This document shows, piece after piece, positions 24,668 through 32,606 of a stretch of 64,000 nt of DNA. Below the pieces are notes generated by a model, which worked only from the letters and a program-made list of their open reading frames with translations, had not been told where the DNA came from and did not search any database. Each line of letters opens with the position of its first letter. The first letter of the stretch is position 1. This DNA is from an uncultured Bacteroidales bacterium (GTDB lineage Bacteria > Bacteroidota > Bacteroidia > Bacteroidales > WCHB1-69): assembly GCA_946624065.1 (NCBI GenBank), contig CAMORT010000002.1, forward strand, positions 10,542-74,541, written 5' to 3'. A program made the position numbers and the translations under genes.

Positions 24668-25894
24668 ATGAGCTATCTATTCACATCTGAATCAGTATCT
24701 GAAGGACACCCGGACAAACTGTGTGATCAAATTTCAGACGCTTTGTTGGATTCGTTCCTGGCACAGGATCCCGAATCAAAAGTGGCTTGCGAAACCTTAA
24801 CCACCACCGGATTGGTGGTGTGCGCCGGCGAGGTGAAAACCAACGCCTACGTTTCTATTGATGATGTCGCCAGAGAGGTTATCAAAGAAGTGGGTTACGA
24901 CAAGAGCGACTATCAATTCGACTATAAATCATGCGGCATCCTGTCCGCCATCCACAGCCAGTCGGCTGACATCAACCGAGGGGTGGAGCGCGCCAACCTG
25001 GAAGAGCAAGGTGCTGGCGATCAGGGCATGATGTTCGGATACGCCTGCAACGAGATGGACAACTACATGCCCCTGCCTATTGAGATTGCCCATCGCCTGG
25101 TTCAGGAGTTGGCCACCATTCGTAAAGAGGGCAAGTTGATGACCTACCTCCGTCCTGATTCCAAATCGCAGGTTACCGTACAGTATTCCGACAACGACAT
25201 ACCCGAACGCATTGACACTATCGTGCTTTCAACACAACACGACGAGTTTGCCGACGATGACACCATGTTGAAAAAAATTGAACAGGACATTCGGGAAATT
25301 TTAATTCCGCGTGTGATTGCTGGTTGCCCCGACAAAGTAAAACTCTTATTTAAAGATGATTATAAATTGTTGGTGAATCCTACCGGCAAGTTTGTCATTG
25401 GCGGACCCAATGGGGATACCGGTCTTACGGGCCGCAAGATCATCGTGGACACATACGGAGGATACGGTGCGCACGGCGGTGGTGCTTTCTCCGGAAAAGA
25501 CCCTTCCAAAGTTGACCGTTCGGCAGCATACGCCACCCGTCACATTGCCAAGAACATGGTGGCAGCGGGGTTGTGCGACAAAGTGCTGGTGCAAGTGGCC
25601 TATGCCATTGGCAAAGCCGACCCTGTGGGTCTCTATGTCAACACATACGGCACAGCAAAAGTGTCCATGAGCGACGGTGAAATCGCCAAAAAAATCGGCA
25701 CTATTTTCAATATGCGTCCCTACAATATCATAGAACGCTTCCAATTGAAGAACCCGATTTACCAACCTACCGCCTCATACGGACATTTTGGTCGCGATTG
25801 GTACGAAAAAGAGGTCAACGGCAAGACAATCACTTTCTTCCCGTGGGAAAAGCTGGATTATGTTGAGGTTATAAAGAAGGAATTCGGATTATAA
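24668..25894 (+). CDS. metK: Methionine adenosyltransferase (SAM synthetase)
   Basis: 408 aa from [36 protein letters not shown] motif. Confidence 0.95.
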   Translation: MSYLFTSESVSEGHPDKLCDQISDALLDSFLAQDPESKVACETLTTTGLVVCAGEVKTNAYVSIDDVAREVIKEVGYDKSDYQFDYKSCGILSAIHSQSADINRGVERANLEEQGAGDQGMMFGYACNEMDNYMPLPIEIAHRLVQELATIRKEGKLMTYLRPDSKSQVTVQYSDNDIPERIDTIVLSTQHDEFADDDTMLKKIEQDIREILIPRVIAGCPDKVKLLFKDDYKLLVNPTGKFVIGGPNGDTGLTGRKIIVDTYGGYGAHGGGAFSGKDPSKVDRSAAYATRHIAKNMVAAGLCDKVLVQVAYAIGKADPVGLYVNTYGTAKVSMSDGEIAKKIGTIFNMRPYNIIERFQLKNPIYQPTASYGHFGRDWYEKEVNGKTITFFPWEKLDYVEVIKKEFGL

Positions 25895-25905
25895 CCATTC
25901 TGTTA

Positions 25906-27951
25906 TTAGAATCCCCAACTTATACGCCCGCGCAGGCCAAACCCCTGCATGGGATAGTTACGGATAATCAGATAGTTCTGGTTGGCCAAGTTCAGCAATT
26001 CGAGTTTGAGTCCAAGCTTGGTCTGTCGGATGTCGAACTCATGGCTTAACGTGATGCTGTGGTCCACATAACCAGGCACCTCGTTGGCGGGGATATTCTC
26101 GCCCAATGCGTATCGCTTGCCACACAAAATGACGGCGTAAGTAATGGTAATCCAGGGAGTTTCAAATCCAAGACTTGTGGAACCTGACCATACGGGCGTA
26201 TAGGGAATCTGGTGATTGAAGGTCTTGCCGGTCGGGTCGGTACGGTCAACCGCTTTCTGATAGGTGCAGTTTCCGTTGAACCGCAAGTAGTATTTTTTGA
26301 CAAACTGATACTCCAGATTGGCGTTTGCCTCTGCCCCCGCAATCCACACAGTGCCGTAATTAAGCATGGTCCAGGAGAAAAGGTTGTGCGACGGGAACGC
26401 CACGATTTTGTCCTTCACAATGTTGAAATAGCCGTCCAAAGAGGCGGACAGATAGACTTTGCCCGCAGCCATCCGCTGTTGTTCCAGCACCGCGCCCAGG
26501 TTCCACTGGTGCGTCTTTTCCGGCTCCAAATTCAGGTTGCCCACCTCACGGTAATAGAGGTCGTTGAAAGTGGGCATACGGAAGATGTTTTTGTAGAAGG
26601 CGCGAAGCGTCACACGATCTTTCAGATTCAGGGAGGCGCTGACCGCCGGAGAGAGGTGAAGGTAGTTTTTGCCCAGTTGCTCGCCCTGCGACATGTTGTT
26701 GACGGTGGTGAACAGAAGATTGCCTACAATGGTGAACATTTTCTTTCCGCCACGCACCGACAAGGAGGTCATGGTGGTAAAACGAGCCGGATTGATGTAT
26801 TCCATGGTGGAACTATTCAACTGATTGTAAAACAGATCATTGGCTAACGATACGGAAAAATCGGCTTGCCGGTCATTTTTGGGTAATGTGTAGTTGACCA
26901 CATTGGTTAAATAGCCCTCATATTGATGGTAGTGATTGTCCAATTTGCCCGCTGCATTCAAATACTCAGGATCAAGGTAGCGAGTGTAGTCGTAATTGAA
27001 TTTTCCGCCAATCTGGTATCGCCAACCTTTTCCGAAATGGTGATAATATTGAGCTTGCGCAAAGGTGTTCCGGTTCCACAGCCGCTGCGATGAGTTGAGG
27101 TTGTAAAATACGGTGGCAGAGGGTAATCCGCGTTCCGAATCGTAATAATACCATTTCACCAAAAGCTGTTGGTCGGCGTTCATGCTGTATTTTACATTCG
27201 CCTCCAAATTCAGAGCGTTGATATCCGAATTCTGTCTCCTTTCGCGGGAAACACTGTCTGTAATGCCGCCATAATGCAGGATGTAGGGGTATTGCCCGTT
27301 TGAGTGTGTAAAATTGGCTGACAGATTCCAGATTACGAAGCGGTTTTCTCTTGTCTTGCTTTTTATCAGATTTTCTAAAAACAATTGTGGCGAAACGAAC
27401 CCATACATGCCCATGGTAAGGGCAAGTTTCATCTTGAACGGTTTGTTTGGAAAAATGTTTGAGGTATTGATATTCAGCAAATTACTATAGGAAAAGAGTC
27501 TTGCGGGTTTGAAAATGTCCAGATCCACCCCGGTGGTGAGTGTCAGAGTACCCACATTGTCAAGGGTGAGTTTTCCCAGATCTATCTGACCGGTTTGGCA
27601 GTCGGTGAGCGACATTCCATCGTAGGCGACGCCCGTGTGCTGCGAGCCCAATCCACGCACGGAAACCGTTTTCATACCTCCTGTGCCACCGTAGTCTTTG
27701 ACCACAACCCCCGACATATATTTCAGTGCATCAGACAGTTGAAGAGCCGGCAAATGTTCTATCTGGTGAACGGTGAGCGTTTGTACTGCAGCTGGACTGG
27801 TCTCTATTTTAGAATACCAGCCGCCAATTTGTACCTCTGGCAGCCAGCGGGTAGGTTGCTGTGTTGTGTCGGTTTGAGCTGCGGCAAAACGGAAACAAAA
27901 AAGGATAATCATTCCTGTTAACACAAGTCTGATCATCCTTATTTTTTTCAT
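25906..27951 (-). CDS. TonB-dependent outer-membrane receptor (non-SusC, about 680 aa)
   Basis: Start at MKKIRMIRLVLTGMIILFCFRFAAAQ (signal peptide). Plug-domain sequence ...LSDALKYMSGVVVKDYGGTGGMKTVSVRGLGSQHTGVAYDGMSL. C-terminal ...RGRISWGF. The ORF-track start at 28014 would overlap the upstream gene. Confidence 0.88.
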   Translation of the reverse strand: MKKIRMIRLVLTGMIILFCFRFAAAQTDTTQQPTRWLPEVQIGGWYSKIETSPAAVQTLTVHQIEHLPALQLSDALKYMSGVVVKDYGGTGGMKTVSVRGLGSQHTGVAYDGMSLTDCQTGQIDLGKLTLDNVGTLTLTTGVDLDIFKPARLFSYSNLLNINTSNIFPNKPFKMKLALTMGMYGFVSPQLFLENLIKSKTRENRFVIWNLSANFTHSNGQYPYILHYGGITDSVSRERRQNSDINALNLEANVKYSMNADQQLLVKWYYYDSERGLPSATVFYNLNSSQRLWNRNTFAQAQYYHHFGKGWRYQIGGKFNYDYTRYLDPEYLNAAGKLDNHYHQYEGYLTNVVNYTLPKNDRQADFSVSLANDLFYNQLNSSTMEYINPARFTTMTSLSVRGGKKMFTIVGNLLFTTVNNMSQGEQLGKNYLHLSPAVSASLNLKDRVTLRAFYKNIFRMPTFNDLYYREVGNLNLEPEKTHQWNLGAVLEQQRMAAGKVYLSASLDGYFNIVKDKIVAFPSHNLFSWTMLNYGTVWIAGAEANANLEYQFVKKYYLRFNGNCTYQKAVDRTDPTGKTFNHQIPYTPVWSGSTSLGFETPWITITYAVILCGKRYALGENIPANEVPGYVDHSITLSHEFDIRQTKLGLKLELLNLANQNYLIIRNYPMQGFGLRGRISWGF

Positions 27952-27970
27952 AGCTATAAATTTCCAAATT

Positions 27971-29065
27971 TTATACGTATTTATTTCCAAAATCAATCTG
28001 CACATTAGCCACATATTGACGAATCTGCTGTTCTTCCGATTTTTTGCAAATCAGTAATACATCGCCATTGTCCACCACGATATAATCCTCCAAACCTTGG
28101 AGCACTACCACTTTGTTTTTGGGCACATTGACCACACAGCGGCTGGTGTCGTAGGTGCGCACATGATTACCGGAGATGGCGTTGCGGTTTTGGTCTTTTT
28201 TGCGCAACTCATAAAGGGATCCCCATGTGCCTAAGTCTGACCAGCCGAACTCAGCGGCGTAAACCATCACATTGCTGGCTTTTTCCATAATGCCGTAGTC
28301 AATGGAGATGTTTTTGCAGATTTGATAGATTTCGTCAATGAAATCAGCCTCTTTTTCCGTATTGTAGAGGCCTTCACCCTTCTTGAAAAGGTCGTTCACT
28401 TCGGGCAGATGTAGTTCAAACGCTTTTTCAATTACAGGCAGTGACCACATAAAAATTCCGGCATTCCACAAGAAATCACCACTTTCTATAAAACTCTTGG
28501 CAATTTCCAGCTCAGGTTTTTCCGTGAAGGTTTTCACCGCGTAGATAGTCGCGTTTTTGTCATAACTCTTATCCTCAATGTATTGGATATAACCGTAACC
28601 GGTGTTTGGCGAGGAGGGGCGAATACCGATGGTGAGCAGCCAGTTGTTGGAGGCGACGGCAGACAATCCATTTTCAATCACGCGGGTGAAAACATCTTCT
28701 TTCAGAATAACGTGGTCAGAGGGGGCCACCACAATCACGGCATTGGGGTTTTTGGCCTTGATTTTGTAATTTGCGTATGCAATACAGGGTGCCGTATTGC
28801 GGCGATAAGGTTCCAGAATTACCTGATCTTCCGTTATTTCCGGCAGTTGGTTCAAGGTTATTTCCTTATAATTCTTGCTGGTAACGATATAGATGTTCCC
28901 CTTCGGGCATATTTTCGTAAAACGTTGGAAGGTTTTTTGTATCAAAGTTTGACCTTCTCCTAAAATATCCAAAAATTGTTTTGGAGTTTTGCTGTTGCTC
29001 ATCGGCCAAAAACGGGCACCGACGCCCCCGGCCATGATGATGCAGTAGTAATTGGGGTTTGGCAT
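27971..29065 (-). CDS. Mannose-1-phosphate guanylyltransferase-like nucleotidyltransferase
   Basis: 364 aa. N-terminal IIMAGGVGARFWPMS (GGxGxRxWPxS) motif. Confidence 0.85.
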   Translation of the reverse strand: MPNPNYYCIIMAGGVGARFWPMSNSKTPKQFLDILGEGQTLIQKTFQRFTKICPKGNIYIVTSKNYKEITLNQLPEITEDQVILEPYRRNTAPCIAYANYKIKAKNPNAVIVVAPSDHVILKEDVFTRVIENGLSAVASNNWLLTIGIRPSSPNTGYGYIQYIEDKSYDKNATIYAVKTFTEKPELEIAKSFIESGDFLWNAGIFMWSLPVIEKAFELHLPEVNDLFKKGEGLYNTEKEADFIDEIYQICKNISIDYGIMEKASNVMVYAAEFGWSDLGTWGSLYELRKKDQNRNAISGNHVRTYDTSRCVVNVPKNKVVVLQGLEDYIVVDNGDVLLICKKSEEQQIRQYVANVQIDFGNKYV

Positions 29066-29122
29066 ATTATAATTTTTTTATGACGGAAGACCTCACGGGA
29101 TCTCCTTTACTTTAGATATTGT

Positions 29123-29169
29123 GGCAGTCACATTGGACTGCTATGTGCGGCAGTCACGTAAGACTGCCG
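29123..29169. repeat. Two tandem near-identical hairpins between pgk and the nucleotidyltransferase gene
   Basis: GGCAGTC-ACATTG-GACTGC (29123-29141) and CGGCAGTC-ACGTAA-GACTGCCG (29148-29169). Confidence 0.65.
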
Positions 29170-29175
29170 TTACGA

Positions 29176-30366
29176 TTATTCGTTCAATGCTTTCACGCCG
29201 GGCAGTTCCTTGCCTTCGAGGTATTCGAGCATGGCGCCGCCGCCAGTGCTGATGTAGGACACGAAGTCGGCGAGGTCGTACTTGTTGACAGCTGCGATGG
29301 AGTCACCGCCACCGATGACGGAATAAGCACCGGCCAAGGTGGAAGCAGCTACGCTGATGGCTACTGCCTTGGTTCCTTTGCTGAATTTCTCCAACTCGAA
29401 AACGCCCACAGGACCGTTCCAAAGGATGGTTTTGGATTCTCTAAGCACTTGTGCGAAGCTGCGTTGAGTCTTGGGTCCGATATCCAGTCCTTCCCAATTG
29501 TCGGGGATATTGTTGTCTTCCGTAATCAACACATTGGCGTCATCGCTGAATTTGTCACCGCAGATGGTGTCCAAACGGCAGTAGAAGTTCTTGCCGGAGG
29601 CTTTCACCTGGTCGAGAATCTCTTTGGCCACGGGCAGCATGTCGGGCTCAAACAGCGAGTTGCCGATGGTGTAGCCCATAGCGGCCAGGAAGGTGTAGCT
29701 TAAACCACCACCCACGATGAGATTGTCAACTTTGGGCAACAAGTTGGTGATGATGTTGATTTTGGTGGACACCTTGGAACCGCCGATAATAGCGGTGAAG
29801 GGTTTCTCGCCGCCGTTCAGCACGGTTTCCAAGCTCATCACCTCATTGTAAAGAAGATAACCGGCAAAAGCTTTGCCCGGGAAAAATTGTGCGATAGTGG
29901 CTGTAGAAGCGTGCTCGCGGTGTGCGGTGCCGAAGGCGTCGTTCACATAAACGTCACCAAGACGGGCGATTGCTTTGGCGAAGTCCACATCACCTTTCTC
30001 TTCCTCGGCATGGAAGCGCAGGTTCTCCAGCAATGCGATGGAACCGGGTTTCAAACCCACAATGGTATTGGCGGTGGCATCGTCCAGCACATCGCCGGCG
30101 AAAACAACCTCCTGACCTAAAATTTCAGAAACCTTGCTGACAATGTGACGCAAAGAGTATTTGTCGTTGACTTCCCCTTTGGGACGACCCAGATGCGACA
30201 TCAGAATTACGGTGCCTCCGTCGTTCAGGATTTTGCCGACGGTTTCCTTGGTCCGGATGATGCGGGTGGAGTCCGTTACATTGAAATTGTCATCCAACGG
30301 CACATTGTAGTCCACACGGATGAGTGCTTTTTGGTTGCTGAAATTGTATTGGTCTATCGATTTCAT
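29176..30366 (-). CDS. pgk: Phosphoglycerate kinase
   Basis: 396 aa. ...KALIRVDYNVPLDD...ILMSHLGRPKG... Confidence 0.95.
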   Translation of the reverse strand: MKSIDQYNFSNQKALIRVDYNVPLDDNFNVTDSTRIIRTKETVGKILNDGGTVILMSHLGRPKGEVNDKYSLRHIVSKVSEILGQEVVFAGDVLDDATANTIVGLKPGSIALLENLRFHAEEEKGDVDFAKAIARLGDVYVNDAFGTAHREHASTATIAQFFPGKAFAGYLLYNEVMSLETVLNGGEKPFTAIIGGSKVSTKINIITNLLPKVDNLIVGGGLSYTFLAAMGYTIGNSLFEPDMLPVAKEILDQVKASGKNFYCRLDTICGDKFSDDANVLITEDNNIPDNWEGLDIGPKTQRSFAQVLRESKTILWNGPVGVFELEKFSKGTKAVAISVAASTLAGAYSVIGGGDSIAAVNKYDLADFVSYISTGGGAMLEYLEGKELPGVKALNE

Positions 30367-30432
30367 AATAATATGGGTTTGTGAAAACTGATATGATAAC
30401 TGAATAATGTTCTTTTTATTGTCCGGATGAGG

Positions 30433-31227
30433 TTAAACGGCCACATCGGCTTTGATATGCGGGTGCGGGTCGTAATTTTCCAATTGGAAATCCTCGTATT
30501 GGAAACTGAATATATCTTTAACTTCCGGATTGATGCGCATGGTGGGCAGCGGGCGCGGGTCGCGCGTGAGTTGTAACTTGGCCTGTTCCACATGGTTGGA
30601 GTAGATATGCGCATCGCCCAAGGTGTGGATGAACTCTTTTGGTTTGAGGCCGCACACTTGCGCCACCATCATCAGCAGAAGGGCGTAAGAGGCGATGTTG
30701 AAGGGTACGCCGAGAAACACATCCGCGCTGCGCTGGTAGAGTTGGAGCGATATCTCGCCGTTGTTCACATAGAACTGGAACAGCACATGACAGGGTGGCA
30801 GCGCCATTTTGTCGATTTCGCCCACATTCCAGGCGCAAACCATGAGTCGGCGCGAGTCAGGATTGCTCTTTATTTGCTCAATAAGCTGGCTTATCTGGTC
30901 CACGCTTCCGCCATCGGGCGTGCTCCATGAGCGCCATTGCTTGCCGTAAACAGGACCCAGGTCGCCGTTGGGATCCGCCCACTCGTCCCAAATGGAAACA
31001 CCATGGTCTTTCAAATACTTTATATTGGTGTCGCCTTGCAGGAACCAGAGCAGTTCGTATATAATGGAGCGCAAGTGCAACTTCTTGGTGGTCAGCAGCG
31101 GAAAACCTTGAGACAAGTCGAAACGCATTTGATGTCCGAAGATGCTGTAAGTACCTGTGCCTGTGCGATCTGCTTTATAGGAACCGGTTTCCAATATGGT
31201 GCGGAGAAGATCTTGATATTGCTTCAT
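30433..31227 (-). CDS. thyA: Thymidylate synthase (ThyA)
   Basis: 264 aa. [15 protein letters not shown]...DRTGTGT... and catalytic Cys in [13 protein letters not shown]. Confidence 0.96.
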   Translation of the reverse strand: MKQYQDLLRTILETGSYKADRTGTGTYSIFGHQMRFDLSQGFPLLTTKKLHLRSIIYELLWFLQGDTNIKYLKDHGVSIWDEWADPNGDLGPVYGKQWRSWSTPDGGSVDQISQLIEQIKSNPDSRRLMVCAWNVGEIDKMALPPCHVLFQFYVNNGEISLQLYQRSADVFLGVPFNIASYALLLMMVAQVCGLKPKEFIHTLGDAHIYSNHVEQAKLQLTRDPRPLPTMRINPEVKDIFSFQYEDFQLENYDPHPHIKADVAV

Positions 31228-31247
31228 TGAGAATGCGGATTAGGCGG

Positions 31248-31255
31248 CAAAGATA
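31248..31255 (-). promoter_or_regulatory. -7 promoter box (TATCTTTG) for thyA
   Basis: The minus strand reads TTCGTATCTTTGCCGCC. Confidence 0.5.
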
Positions 31256-31336
31256 CGAAATTTTCAGCAGAATTTGGTCATCTTGAATTGGGTGTTGGGC
31301 GTTGGGGCTCAGAGCATGGAGTCTGTTGAAAAAATG

Positions 31337-31344
31337 TATTTTTG
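31337..31344 (+). promoter_or_regulatory. -7 promoter box (TATTTTTG) for fabD
   Basis: ATGTATTTTTGCACCC. It implies a leader of about 95 nt that contains the word repeat below. Confidence 0.5.
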
Positions 31345-31382
31345 CACCCGATTTTATCACCACAACAAATCTTTAATCTCTC

Positions 31383-31436
31383 AACCTTATAAACTTTACC
31401 AACTTTACCAAATTTCACCTTTAACCTCATTCACCC
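31383..31436. repeat. 9-bp-phased degenerate tandem repeat (6 units) in the fabD leader
   Basis: AACCTTATA AACTTTACC AACTTTACC AAATTTCAC CTTTAACCT CATTCACCC. The reverse complement gives GGT-words (GGTAAAGTT x2, GGTGAAATT...) like those at 6552-6673 and 8396-8528. Confidence 0.7.
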
Positions 31437-31443
31437 TTTTATA

Positions 31444-32319
31444 ATGCAAGCATACATTTTTCCTGGACAAGGCGCTCAATTTCCCGGTATGGGAAAAGAT
31501 TTATATGACCAGTATTCATTGGCGCAAGAGCTTTTCGCGAAAGCGGATGAGATTTTGGGATTTCCCATATCTGATGTTATGTTTCACGGAACAGAGGATG
31601 ATTTGAAGCAGACGAAAGTCACGCAGCCAGCTGTGTTTCTGCACTCCTACATCGCTTATCGGTGCTTGGCGGAGGGGATGCCTGACATGGTGGCGGGCCA
31701 CTCTTTGGGTGAGTTCACGGCCCTGGCGGTCAACGGCTGCCTGACATTTGAAGATGCCTTGACGCTGGTGTCCAAGCGTGCCATGGCCATGCAGAAGGCC
31801 TGTGAGAGGCAGGAGTCCGGCATGGCGGTGGTGCTGAAGTTCGACGATGCCGTCACGGAACAAGTGTGCGCTGGGATTCAGGATGAGGTGGTGGTTCCCG
31901 CCAATTACAACAGTCCACAGCAGTTGGTCATCTCCGGATCTAAGGCGGGACTGGAGAAGGCGATGGAGCAGTTGCGAGCCGCCGGTGCTTCACGGATGAT
32001 GATACTCAATGTGGGTGGCGCGTTCCACTCGCCGCTCATGCAACCCGCGCAAGAGGAACTGGCTGAGGCCATCGGGCAATGTGCGTTCAGCATGCCCACT
32101 TGCCCCGTCTATCAAAATGTCACGGCCTTGCCCGCCTCCGACCCGGAGGAAATACGGCAAAATCTGCTCGCCCAACTCACCAGTCCCGTTAGATGGACGC
32201 AATCCGTGCGCAAGATGATCGAAGATGGTGCTACCGAGTTCGTAGAGTTTGGTCCTGGAAGCACCTTGCAAGGACTGATAAAACGCATCAGCCCCGATGT
32301 TCAAGTCATGGGAAAATAA
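31444..32319 (+). CDS. fabD: ACP S-malonyltransferase
   Basis: 291 aa. FPGQGAQFPGMG and active-site GHSLGE. Confidence 0.94.
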   Translation: MQAYIFPGQGAQFPGMGKDLYDQYSLAQELFAKADEILGFPISDVMFHGTEDDLKQTKVTQPAVFLHSYIAYRCLAEGMPDMVAGHSLGEFTALAVNGCLTFEDALTLVSKRAMAMQKACERQESGMAVVLKFDDAVTEQVCAGIQDEVVVPANYNSPQQLVISGSKAGLEKAMEQLRAAGASRMMILNVGGAFHSPLMQPAQEELAEAIGQCAFSMPTCPVYQNVTALPASDPEEIRQNLLAQLTSPVRWTQSVRKMIEDGATEFVEFGPGSTLQGLIKRISPDVQVMGK

Positions 32320-32456
32320 ACCGAAAAACCCAGTGCCAAAAACATCTTTTCCTCACACTTTTTTTTAATCCATTCATTATCAAAAAGAAAAAATATCAAC
32401 CTCATTTTGTTGATATTATGTATGCCATCCCCTTGTCGGATATGGCCTCGTTTTTC

Positions 32457-32464
32457 TATTTTTG
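32457..32464 (+). promoter_or_regulatory. -7 promoter box (TATTTTTG) for the class II RNR gene
   Basis: TTTCTATTTTTGAAAAC. It implies a leader of about 135 nt. Confidence 0.4.
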
Positions 32465-32606
32465 AAAACTCGTTTTATTAGCGAAACCATTTTCGTAACT
32501 ATTTATTAAATAACAACTTGTATAACTCTGTCAGGGCAATGTTTGCTGTTGTCCGGTTTTATTTCCTTTAGAATAATAACAAACCATTATAATACCAGGA
32601 GCACCT

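Noticed and set aside
25906-27951. The TonB-dependent receptor as BtuB, partner of the riboswitch-controlled protein.
   Set aside because: No cobalamin riboswitch or B12 box precedes it. It is on the opposite strand, 2.8 kb away, separated by two unrelated genes (the saccharopine dehydrogenase-like gene and metK), and co-oriented with a sugar-nucleotide enzyme. Size alone is not evidence.
32393-32416. Perfect inverted repeat ATATCAAC-N8-GTTGATAT upstream of nrdJ as an NrdR box or operator.
   Set aside because: It does not resemble the NrdR box consensus. It lies upstream of the predicted -7 box (32457-32464) and only 74 nt after the fabD stop, so it is more simply a fabD 3' hairpin. There is no second copy.
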